A stretch of 63,814 nt of DNA, counting the filler, from Globobulimina sp. (Eukaryota), in NCBI GenBank assembly GCA_003354225.1. It is 19 parts of 19 records of this genome, joined end to end, with 100 filler letters (N's around TTAATTAATTAA, not from the genome) between each part and the next. Parts side by side here need not be neighbours in the genome. Positions count along the whole stretch, not along the records: positions 33,659 to 36,921 come from PIVH01003263.1; positions 37,022 to 40,283 come from PIVH01003264.1; positions 40,384 to 43,645 come from PIVH01003265.1; positions 43,746 to 47,007 come from PIVH01003266.1; 15 more parts are not named here. The stretch is one strand, 5' to 3'. Below are positions 34,007-44,289 of this stretch, piece by piece. The notes under the pieces were generated by a model that saw only the letters and a program-made list of their open reading frames with translations, was not told where the DNA came from and ran no database searches. The translations under genes and the position numbers were made by a program. Each line of letters opens with the position of its first letter. Position 1 is the first letter of the stretch.

Positions 34007-36301
34007 ATGTCAGTTATTCTCCAAATTCCAAAAAGTCCCACACAAATCATGATGTGCATGGTACAAAGTAATGCATTGAATTGTGTAGGTCAAGTGAACC
34101 TGAATAAATATGGAATAAAAGACGGGAATATATTGGAGCCATCGACAGAAATTTTTGTTGATTCATTCATCCTTCAACTCCTGGTACCAGATTATTTGAT
34201 GGAATCGGGTATGTACACAGAAGCCGGTTCAATGGCAAAGTGTGTTTGGAACATGTTAGAACGTGAAGGATTATCGAAATCTAGAGCCACCATGCTGAAT
34301 TTTTACAAAATAACTCAAAAACCAGATAAAAAAATGGTCGATTCAATGCCTTTCAAGAATTCAAGTGTGGAAGCCGAAGAATATTTCATGCAAACATTCA
34401 AAATTTCTTGTGCGAATGAACGTTTTGAAGATGTTCTAAAGTTTTTGAACAATAAAACTTACCAAAACAGGGGGTTGTTCTTAAAAAACATCGATGTCAC
34501 ACAAGATTACAAGGGAAGTTTTTCGAAGGATGAGGTGATTCGTCATTTACTAACAACAGGGCAATTCAGAATGCAGGGTGAGGGAGAAATGGATGAGAAA
34601 CACTACCTTATTTTGGATAATGATAGAACCGTGGGGGCAAACTGTATGGCATATGTTGGACAATGGAATCACTACCAGGTCCGATGCAAAATATATAACA
34701 AATTTGTTCAAATGCTGGAGTCGAAGGCAGTGAGGGAAAGAATTGGCAACCATTGGTACCACTGGGCCAATCAAAGTGGAACAAGATTGGCTGCAGCACG
34801 TGATGCAAGTCAAGAAAGAGGCTTAACTAGAGCAGAAGTGACTCTTTCCTGTTCTGCTAATGAATGTCCTCCAGTAGTTCACCTCAAAGAAGCTGTAACA
34901 GAATTAATTGGTTATGTAAACAACAAGAATCTAATATATTCGACACCCTTTCACAGAACATGGAAAGCATACTGTGATGCATTCATTCATACACTTGTGG
35001 TCAGTCACAAAGAATCAAACATGGCTATTGTGGTTTATTCTTATAATGAGCTAACCAAGAAAGTCAGTGGCCATCTTTTTGAATCTTGGACAGAGAACAA
35101 AGCATGGGCTCTTGCCAATTTAACCTTGAATGGTGGATTGCCAATAGACTGCATAGAAATAAGTGGCAAGCAAGATTATTCGAATAATTTAGTGCATGAA
35201 ATCAGAATGGATACCCAGCGACTATTCAAATATAAGCCACACACCTTTACCATGGATTTTGAGACCCGCCTAGTGAATACAAACGCATTTTTCACCGTCG
35301 CCTCTGGAACAAAGTCAGAAAATCAAGCAAAGTTAAAAGCCGCAGGGTTTTCAGCACACAAAAATTGTGTAGCAATTTTGACAACTGCTTCAGCCAACAA
35401 GCACAGCAGTGTTAATGCAAAGTTCGAAAATGTTGGGGAATTCTCTGTGTGCCTTGATTCCTTATTGAGAAGGAGAATTTCTATGAAAATCGCTGAAGAA
35501 AAGATTGATCTTCAAATACGACTAGAGTTAGTGGCCAATCAAAAACAGGCTGTGGAAATAACATTACAAGAAAGGTGTGAAAAAATGTATCACATCGAAC
35601 GTATTAAATCGGCTTGTGCAAAATCAAAAACTATTTCTTTGTTGGAACTTATTGGTCAATGTTTGCAAGTTTTAGCTCTTCGAGAAGTCCATTCAAGCTT
35701 CGGCTTAAAATATACTATGGTTTTAAAAAACATAAATGGTGACGAATTTAACTGTTCATCTAACAAGCAAATTGAAGAACAAGTTGAGTCATATTTATCT
35801 AGTGATCGCAGAAAGGAACTTCAATTGCAACCATCTAACTATATCAGTATGCTCACCAAACCCCTGGCAGTTTTGACAGTTCATGGATATGAATGGTCAT
35901 CACACCATAACAAAGTTGTAAGATGCAGTCTCAATTTCTGTGAAAACAACTGCCAAGAAACTAAGTCATTGGAAAATGAGAATAAAAGTTTCAACATCAA
36001 TGTTGAATCAGTAGAAACTGATAAGGAACATTCTGACTGTTTTATCCCATATAAGTATATGCCTGATCTGACCCTTATAAAAGTTGGAATAACGGTTACA
36101 ATTGTTGGCAAGGTTTGGTTGAAACACTACAGGCAGCAGAAGTTGGCCATAAAATTAGTGGAAACAAACGCTTGGTACAAAGGTGGAAAAGATTTGGAAG
36201 CTAAGGAACAAGATATATTTATTCCACAGATGATGTTTGTCAAGCAACACAAACAAAATCCGTCAAATAGACGATCAGAAATTATATGTGATCTATTATA
36301 A
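34007..36301 (+). CDS. Putative Rep_trans-like rolling-circle replication initiator/transposase, 764 aa
   Basis: Ordered motifs IDVTQD (D163, D167), KIYNK (Y230) and TRAEV (R275, E277). Intronless, with a coiled coil and beta-rich C-terminal domains. Confidence 0.6.
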   Translation: MSVILQIPKSPTQIMMCMVQSNALNCVGQVNLNKYGIKDGNILEPSTEIFVDSFILQLLVPDYLMESGMYTEAGSMAKCVWNMLEREGLSKSRATMLNFYKITQKPDKKMVDSMPFKNSSVEAEEYFMQTFKISCANERFEDVLKFLNNKTYQNRGLFLKNIDVTQDYKGSFSKDEVIRHLLTTGQFRMQGEGEMDEKHYLILDNDRTVGANCMAYVGQWNHYQVRCKIYNKFVQMLESKAVRERIGNHWYHWANQSGTRLAAARDASQERGLTRAEVTLSCSANECPPVVHLKEAVTELIGYVNNKNLIYSTPFHRTWKAYCDAFIHTLVVSHKESNMAIVVYSYNELTKKVSGHLFESWTENKAWALANLTLNGGLPIDCIEISGKQDYSNNLVHEIRMDTQRLFKYKPHTFTMDFETRLVNTNAFFTVASGTKSENQAKLKAAGFSAHKNCVAILTTASANKHSSVNAKFENVGEFSVCLDSLLRRRISMKIAEEKIDLQIRLELVANQKQAVEITLQERCEKMYHIERIKSACAKSKTISLLELIGQCLQVLALREVHSSFGLKYTMVLKNINGDEFNCSSNKQIEEQVESYLSSDRRKELQLQPSNYISMLTKPLAVLTVHGYEWSSHHNKVVRCSLNFCENNCQETKSLENENKSFNINVESVETDKEHSDCFIPYKYMPDLTLIKVGITVTIVGKVWLKHYRQQKLAIKLVETNAWYKGGKDLEAKEQDIFIPQMMFVKQHKQNPSNRRSEIICDLL

Positions 36302-36583
36302 TCTCTGTATTAAAACAAATGTTTGTTAAATTTTACATTGGGCCTTAATCGTTGACATGGATGAAAGTAAAATGTAGACCTACACACAAAATTTTCATCA
36401 TTGTGTAACTTTAAATATCCTCTTCCAAGTTGAAACCTGTTATTATTAAATTGACAGCAACCTACGCAGAAGTAAAAAAGATTTAGGTGGATGATTTATT
36501 AAATTTAGACTTCCAACTAAAACCCGCCTGTTTTTTTTGTTTTAAAAACGTCAAAAAATAAATAAAAGTTAAACACAGCAACT

Positions 36584-36680
36584 GTACCAATATATTCTAT
36601 GGTGGGTACAGCTGTTTATGGGATAGGTACCATATATTGTATGGTAGGTACAGCTATTTATGGGATAAGTACCATACATT
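36584..36680. repeat. ~42-bp tandem repeat, about 2.3 copies
   Basis: gtacca(a)tatatt.tatggt.ggtacagct.tttatgggata starting at 36584, 36627 and 36669. Confidence 0.9.
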
Positions 36681-36683
36681 CGT

Positions 36684-36910
36684 CCTCATATATGAGGGCG
36701 CGCCCTCATATATGAGGGCTGGAGGAGGGCAGAACACTCTTTAGTCCTCATATATGAGGGTGCCGAAAGGAATTCGAAGGTACAAAATTAAAACCAATGG
36801 GGGTGGGGCCGCCGCGCGGGGCGCGGCGGAAGGGGGCCGCCGCTGCGCGGCGGCCAAGGGGTAGGGAGGGGGGCCTCCGCAGGAGGCCCCAGATCTGTGT
36901 AGAGATCTGG
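36684..36910. repeat. Palindrome and GC-rich hairpin cluster
   Basis: Three copies of CCTCATATATGAGG, of which the first two form a perfect 34-bp palindrome at 36684-36717. Stem-loops at 36809-36829, 36835-36855, 36870-36890 and 36889-36910. Confidence 0.92.
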
Positions 36911-37021
36911 CACCACCCCTANNNNNNNNNNNNNNNNNNNNNNNNNNNNNNNNNNNNNNNNNNNNTTAATTAATTAANNNNNNNNNNNNNNNNNNNNNNN
37001 NNNNNNNNNNNNNNNNNNNNN

Positions 37022-39634
37022 TGCCCGCTGAGCTAATTACAGGGCCTGTTCTGGCCAACGCCAATATTATCGACGCAGTGCTGGTATAGCCATGTTTCGA
37101 TCGATATTCATAGATTCTCGACAATAAAAAAATCTCATAATCCAAGGCCAAGCCCAACAACAACGATAACGACAAAACGGGCGTCATCCAAAATAACCCA
37201 TTTGAGTCATATAAACCTGTATATCCATTAATATTTGTCCAATTCAGCCAGCCCTCATTGTAGACGCCGACACAACATCCATATACAAACATAATCGGTA
37301 TCACAATGCAGAACAATAACTGCGACGGTAAGACTAGCGATTTATAGGCAACGCCAATGATGATACTGATCAGTAACAACATCACTATCAAACACAACGG
37401 CATTCTATCATATTCCAGCTGCAATAAATCAATTTGCCAATACGTTGAACTGTGAACATATAAATCCATTGAATCGCAACTCTCATCGAACGAAGTTATA
37501 AAATCTCTCCAATCGGTGGCATGACTCTGCGCTGTGTTGCCATAAACATCGAAAGTAGGATACAACACAATTAATGATGCATTTTGCTGTGGATTTACTG
37601 TCATATGATACGATTGTAAATATAGAGGATTAGTGTGCGGATTATGTACCATTTGGTGCACTGTGGATTCATTTTGAAAGCAGTTAATTTTTTGAGGATT
37701 AGCAGCGTCCGAAATAAATGCAAACGACATCATGTCGGAGTTATTTGTATAACCTTTGCGGATCATAGCATTTGCAAATTGACAAATATTATCAAAATAC
37801 GTTTGATCCCATATTGTATTTTTTTGGTTGTTTCTTGGTACCGCTAATACATAAAATGGTGAAATTAAACCAGGATTAAAATTGTGCCGCACTTTATCGT
37901 ACGCATCGACTGCGGCTGAATTGGTTGGGAACATCATATCCGGTGACATTGTGGTTTTATAGTTAGCAAATAGTTGATATATAAAAAAGAGCATTGATAA
38001 ATAAATAAGTAACGGGAATACACATTGCCAGGGCGGTCTAGTTACAATTTGCGCTAATTTAAAATAAGCATTTTCTTCTTTGTGGTCTTCATCGGATGCA
38101 TCATCCTCTTGTTTTATAATACTTTCTTCGTCTTTTGAGCCTATTAACATTGGCTGGCGAACTGAATTGGAATTGTTTGAATTGACAGCAACGTCCTTTT
38201 GTTTTCTGTTTTTGCCGGCACCGCAAAAAACGTTTAATTTGTGTTTGATGGAGAGTATACATTTGGGCACACGCTCAATCTCACTGAGATAAGATGGAAA
38301 TATTAGGATGACGCAGGTCGTAAATGATATTGATATAATAATACTGAATTAATAATGTACGCAGTCAGAGATTATTGGGCAAACTCATTGGAAAACGACA
38401 AATTAAAATATCAAATGCCGACTGTACGTTTGCGCAATTTCTGACTGTCAGAACAGTAACAATACCTTAAAAATACACACAACGCAATGCCATAGCAAGC
38501 AGCGTCAATGCCAGCATACGGGAAAAAAAGACCAAACCCAATTTCTAATGAAACTAAAATTGAACCACTTAGTACGATGACGTGGCCTGAATATTGTAAC
38601 ATATCCTTTATTGCATCGTTTGTATCTAATTTTTTGTGTTGAATTGCATTTATAAATCTTGTCAATAAAAATAAGCCATAATCCACACAGATTGCCATAC
38701 TGACAAAGAGCATAAAAGAGGGGTTTTCAGGTCCTACAATGAACCAATCCGAGGAAGCAAAATAACGAAACATGACAAATGAAATAGAAGTTACCATTGC
38801 AAAACATAAAAATGGAAGAAATATTAATTTATATGAACCAACCACAAAAACCATAACCACGAATATGACGGGAATTATCATTAAATCCTTGGATATGACG
38901 TCTTTGGTTAACTCGTCGACACACTCTTCGATCATCGTCATCATTCCGGTTAAGTGCACATTGTAATTGGCGGAATATGTCGCATTGGATCTCAGTAACT
39001 CTGTTAAAATGGATTTTGTCGGATTTAAGAAGGCGTTCACTCCTTTTGTTTCTACATCAGACAGCTATATAAACATAAAAACAGAATTAATTTTAAATGA
39101 TTATTGGTGGAGCATACGTACTTAAGGAATAAGTACGTATGCTACAAAAAGAGAGGCAATGTTGTAAGATACATCCAAAGTAATTAAAAATAGCATGGTT
39201 GTTGCTGATGGATCAATAAATTTGGGCTTCAGTGTGTTGCACAATGCTGCTGAAATATTTTGATTTTTGCAAGAATAAAAATATTGGGATGATGACAGTA
39301 ATGCATTGTTAAGATTGTATATACTTTGATTGATATCATTGCATAAACTTTCCGTAATATTATTATCTATGTTTTTCAGATAAGAATTCGTTTTCAACTC
39401 AATTACTATTATTTCCACGTCTTCGTTTAATAGAGCTGGGAAATATTCATTCATTTCCTGGTACGCAGTATATGATGGATACCCTTCTGGAGGGTCGAAA
39501 TAAAAAGTTGTCTCATCGAATAATCCTAAAGCGAAAAATGCGCAACAAAATGAAATAATCAGCCACACTGCAACTACAACATATTTAAATCTGTTCAGAA
39601 ATGCAAATATTCGTTCAGTGGAACTGGATGCCAT
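37022..39634 (-). CDS. MMPL/RND-superfamily transporter, intron-containing, 3' partial
   Basis: TM4 AICVDYGLFLLTRF, TM10 GLALDYEIFLLSRIYE, SGHVIVLSG and TGPVISSAG. Three ORFs are linked by introns near 39065-39170 and 38345-38465. Confidence 0.85.
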
Positions 39635-39688
39635 TGTTAATTAACTATAAAGTTTTTATTTTAATCTACTAAAACGCTAAAGTTAATC

Positions 39689-40283
39689 ATGGAAGCTTTA
39701 AAACTCATAAACGTACTTGTCGGCTCAATTGATAAAGCATTGGATGATTACACTTTTCCAGTGCCTTCAAAAAAGACCATCCCAGCACCCACCGTGCAAG
39801 AAACGAAAGAACCACCACCAGCACAAGTGAAAGATTCCTCTGTTAGCGAACAAAAAGTGCCAGATGCACAAAGTGATAAAATACCACCATTTGGCAGAAT
39901 GCAATCACCCATAAATATTTTCAGTACACCCAAATGTGGTAAAACCAAGATTATGCAGATGAATGAGGATGAATTTAAATTAAATCCATTACATTTCAAT
40001 TATCCATCCACATTGACCGATTGTACCATATTAAACAATGGACATACTGTACAAATCAACATCGCTGCAAAGAATAACTGTACGTTGTCCATACATAATA
40101 AGACATATACTTTAAAACAATTCCATTTCCACACACCTTCTGAGCATTTAATTGATGACAAACAGTATGAAATGGAGATGCATTTAGTTCATATTAACAG
40201 TGATAACGAGATTGCGGTGATCGGATTTATATTTACCACATCGCAGAAACGTTCGGAGCCAAAATTAAAATTTTCTAAAAGTA
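39689..40283 (+). CDS. Alpha carbonic anhydrase, 3' partial
   Basis: QSPINI, NNGHTVQ and zinc ligands QFHFH...SEH...EMHLVH. Confidence 0.92.
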
Positions 40284-40648
40284 NNNNNNNNNNNNNNNNN
40301 NNNNNNNNNNNNNNNNNNNNNNNNNNNTTAATTAATTAANNNNNNNNNNNNNNNNNNNNNNNNNNNNNNNNNNNNNNNNNNNNGGCGAGAATCTGTGTGG
40401 GGCCCACCTTCTACACTCATGAAAATAAAGACGCATTCCGCGCAATCCTTAAAAGTATTGCGCAATTTACCAAAACAAATGACTCCCAAAAAGTTTGTGA
40501 AAGTGAGAACCAGATCGAATACAAAAACAGTTAAGTAAAAGTAAAGTGTTTCCGTGTTACTGTGTTACTGCGTTACTTCGTTGCTGTTGTTGCGTATACA
40601 AAATCTGTATATACACATTACATACAACTAAACACATGTACACAGAAA

Positions 40649-42447
40649 ATGGGAGGAGAAGCACCCCCAAATACACCCTGTTTGGTGGCGGATGCAAACC
40701 TTGATGTCATTGAAGAAGATGAGGTGAATAAGTTCTCATTGGATGGCAAAAGAAACAGTAACACCAATACAGGGACGACCAGTGACGAGACAATGGGTAT
40801 GATGCAATTAATGCAACTCAAAAAGGAAAGAAATTACCTCAAACCATATAACTCATTGACAAAATCATCATCGACACAAACCACCGGCACCAAATCGTCA
40901 GAGGCATCGCAGACACCCAGTCCCTATATGACGTCGCAGAGAGTGAGCGATACGTTCACCTCAAAGAACTTAGGTTTGGATACTATTCAGGCGGAGGATG
41001 AAATAATTCAATTTGAAACGGGCACGGATAACCATAAGACATTGACGTTGGCATTGACAGTTGATACAAATTCGGCAGCTCCGCAAGTGGCGAAATCCGA
41101 ATCTGTGTCATCACCGAAAAAATATCGAACGCGACACGTGGACGATTCGAGCCATTCGACCGTTGTTACGCCAATATATAATTTATACAATGATGAGAGC
41201 GAGATAATGTATCCCAACACAGGCGATATAGATGGCGACGAGGAACAGGATGCATTGGGCTTTGGTAGAATGCAGAATTTGCGAGCTACGATGAGAGAGG
41301 ACCACATTGCTGAGATTAAGATTGAGTTGGCGGCTTTGAATGAGATGGACGAAGAAACTGAAGAGTCAGAAGAAGAAAAAAAAGAGAAATGTAACAGTAA
41401 AACGGACGATCGACGGAATAGTTTACAGAAACAAGTGCAGCAAATTGAATTTACGAAGGAAGAGTTAGAGAGAGAGAGGAAATTATTACAATTGAAGAAG
41501 AAGACGAGTAAAAGAATTGCGTTTGGCGCTGATATGGCATTGGAAATCTTGCAGGAATCCATAGCGAAACAGGAGGAAATGCGCAAGATAGCACAGCATG
41601 AATTTTATGTACAGCAGTTATATTCGGTAAAGACTGCAAAAGCGTCCACTGCGCATATTCATCATTTGGATGTGGATGATTATAATAAGGAGATGCATGA
41701 CATAGTGCCGACTCATACACCAAGGGCTTCGCCCAGAGCTTCATTGTTTGATGACGAGGATGATGATGATATGTTAAATGTGCTTAGATTTCGACATGAT
41801 GTGAGCAGGAATACTAAATCAAATATGTCGGATGATATGAATATGATATTGACCTCATTTGATTTAGATGCGTTGCCGACGGATAATGGTCATTTACGGT
41901 CAAGATCAGATAATGAAATGATTAAAGATATTGCAAATCAAATGACAATGTATGCAAAACAGATAAAAAATATAAATAATAAAAAACAAAAAACAAATAA
42001 TAATAAGAAAAAAATGCTTCATCCAAAACCAAGATTGAACCTTTACTCAGCCTCTGAAGATCAAGAAACTAAAAATAAATTAAAAAATAAATGCAACAAT
42101 AATTTGAATTTGCAGGTTAAAATTGATAGGAATTATTTAAGTCCGAATGATATTAAAGTGAGACATTTAAAATATGAACAGAGTGATGAAGATGTATTAG
42201 ATATATATGATAATATCCGAGGCATTGAAAAGTCACCGAGTCCACCTCCGAATGCATTATTTGAGAGTTATGCGAATGTAAATCATCAACATAATAATAC
42301 ATTGGATATGGATAAAGAATTAAATTCGCACTCTATACTTCAGACAATTAGATCATGGATATCACCATCCCAGCAATCAAAAAAAAGTAAAACTTCTTCG
42401 ATTCGAGATAACAGCGAGAGAGCAAATAATATAAATAGTTTCCTAAA
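40649..42447 (+). CDS. Low-complexity/coiled-coil eukaryotic protein truncated at a junction
   Basis: Long Ser/Thr/Glu/Asn-rich ORF that runs into bacterial sequence at about 42448. Confidence 0.6.
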
Positions 42448-42756
42448 AATGCAGGGACTCAACCATGGCTAACAACGATGGACTTAGCCATTAGCCAAGA
42501 ATTACCAGGATTAGTGGCTGGGCATAAAGGTCAGTTGTACATCATCATTGATAATTTTGCTAACTTACTCAATAGTGATTGGGGCAAGTCATACCGTTTA
42601 TCAACATCACAACAAGTGCTGTTTGATGTTGATATTGATAACGAACAATATGTACTTTCAGAACAAACAGGTGGTACCAATACTAAAAATTACAATCTGT
42701 TTGAAGCGGAGCAATCAGCTTGGAGCGTCAAAGTGGGCGTTAAATACGCTTTCTAG
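42448..42756 (+). CDS. C-terminus of a bacterial TonB-dependent (Oar-like) outer-membrane receptor
   Basis: NAGTQPWLTTMDLAISQELPG...IDNFANLLNSDWG...AWSVKVGVKYAF, ending in the beta-barrel terminal Y-x-F signature. Confidence 0.8.
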   Translation, partial: NAGTQPWLTTMDLAISQELPGLVAGHKGQLYIIIDNFANLLNSDWGKSYRLSTSQQVLFDVDIDNEQYVLSEQTGGTNTKNYNLFEAEQSAWSVKVGVKYAF

Positions 42757-43005
42757 TAGGGCGAATTTAACCATCTTTTCGAGATGAAAAATAGTAAAAT
42801 GAGATTACGCATTACAGTATGCTAATCAAAAGGGGTATTAGTTCGATTGGTATATGGGATACTGCATTTAAGTAGGTGCGTATCCCTTAATTATTCATTG
42901 TCATTTCGCAGAGCAAAACATTCCTATATAATCCCGCGGAGTAAATTAAATCGACCGGATTAATCTAGATTTTTTCTTCTAAATTCGTGTTCTGCTTTAA
43001 TCCGC

Positions 43006-43033
43006 GCAGCTAGCTTTTTGAAATGCTAGCTGC
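43006..43033. terminator. Probable intrinsic terminator hairpin in the bacterial segment
   Basis: GCAGCTAGC-N10-GCTAGCTGC between convergent ORFs. Confidence 0.55.
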
Positions 43034-43065
43034 AAAGGTGGAAAATTCCATACTGCTAATAAAAT

Positions 43066-43224
43066 TTACTCATATTTATTGACACTCTTTTTGGGATGGT
43101 CGTTTAGCTCATCCAGAAGTACCTTACTCAGTTGTTGATATTCATGGTATTCATCTTCACTGATATAATGGTTTACTAAATAGTCGGTAAGTTGTTTTAG
43201 ACGTTTGTCTTGATCTTTGGTCAT
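43066..43224 (-). CDS. Small bacterial hypothetical protein
   Basis: MTKDQDKRLKQLTDYL... with an AAGG RBS-like site upstream. Confidence 0.45.
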   Translation of the reverse strand: MTKDQDKRLKQLTDYLVNHYISEDEYHEYQQLSKVLLDELNDHPKKSVNKYE

Positions 43225-43506
43225 TTTTATATACCTTGTCAATTTATTCATTCTTAGTATAGCAAGCGTACACAAAAATTGAGGCTTTGACGTTATTAAG
43301 GGATAAATCGACCACAGCTACCCAAACACAATTCAAAAAAACAATTATTCATCCTTGCTCTACATTCCTGTATAATCGTGCGCATTAAACAACTACCTTA
43401 GCAAATCCTCTGAGTTTGCAATAAAGGCAGTTAAATCACCATTTATGACGCTGCTTCTTATTAGATATAGCACCAGTTTCACAATACAGAGTTAGTTGAG
43501 AGCCAT

Positions 43507-43645
43507 ATGACCGTAGAACATCTCGACCCAAGCACCAGTAATTCTGTAGCAAGCCAAACAACCACGTTAGACATTCCAGCTAAAATGATTGAAGAACAAC
43601 ATCAAGCCGTTGTTTCCTCAGCTAATACCAGCCAAGACTCAAATC
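43507..43645 (+). CDS. 5' end of a bacterial gene (partial)
   Basis: GAGAG RBS-like site before ATG and a TATAAT at about 43371. The frame is open to the contig end. Confidence 0.5.
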
Positions 43646-43745
43646 NNNNNNNNNNNNNNNNNNNNNNNNNNNNNNNNNNNNNNNNNNNNTTAATTAATTA
43701 ANNNNNNNNNNNNNNNNNNNNNNNNNNNNNNNNNNNNNNNNNNNN

Positions 43746-43840
43746 GTCGGAGGAACTCTGGCATTTACCGGTGTAGCATTTGCCAGCTTTTCAACTTCGG
43801 GAATGCCGCTTATTCTGGCCGCTTTGATTGCTATCCTTTG
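43746..43840 (+). CDS. Fragment of a bacterial sugar ABC transporter permease (RbsC-like)
   Basis: VGGTLAFTGVAFASFSTSGMPLILAALIAILC, with higher GC than the rest of the contig. Confidence 0.55.
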
Positions 43841-44105
43841 CTCGTTGTAAACTTCGTAGATCGGTTTTTGCTGCCACGTAATGTATTGGTGTATAAACTA
43901 TGTAATCAATTTTTTTTATTGCTGTTAGCATTTCCGATGTGTGACCACCTGAACCCAACACAATCATAGTGCATATTTTCTTATTTTTCTCCGATACTAA
44001 GGCCTTTGTGGGATACTTAATGCAATAAAATAATCTTAGCAAAAATAATAAACCAGAGACCAGTACAAAAATAAATGTTGACATTATAAAAAGCTTTATT
44101 TGCAT
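43841..44105 (-). CDS. ALG14: ALG14 UDP-GlcNAc transferase subunit, truncated
   Basis: N-terminal TM helix, TMIVLGSGGHTSEML and YVAAKTD..S. Similarity ends at the junction near 43840. Confidence 0.85.
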
Positions 44106-44289
44106 ATTTTCTCTTCACTATCCATCATACCATGGATTTGAATAAAAAATTGAACATAATACGGTCACTGTACTGTGGTAGTTTAGTAATACTAAGAATA
44201 TTCAGCAGCATTCTATAAAACAGCAACAAATACGAATATATTTAGATTGCAGTTTGCCGACTGAATATTGCTCATTCAATGATAAAAAA

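Noticed and set aside
34007-36921. Helitron or CRESS-virus assignment for the Rep-like contig
   Set aside because: No HUH motif with a downstream YxxK in the expected arrangement, and no Walker A helicase motif.
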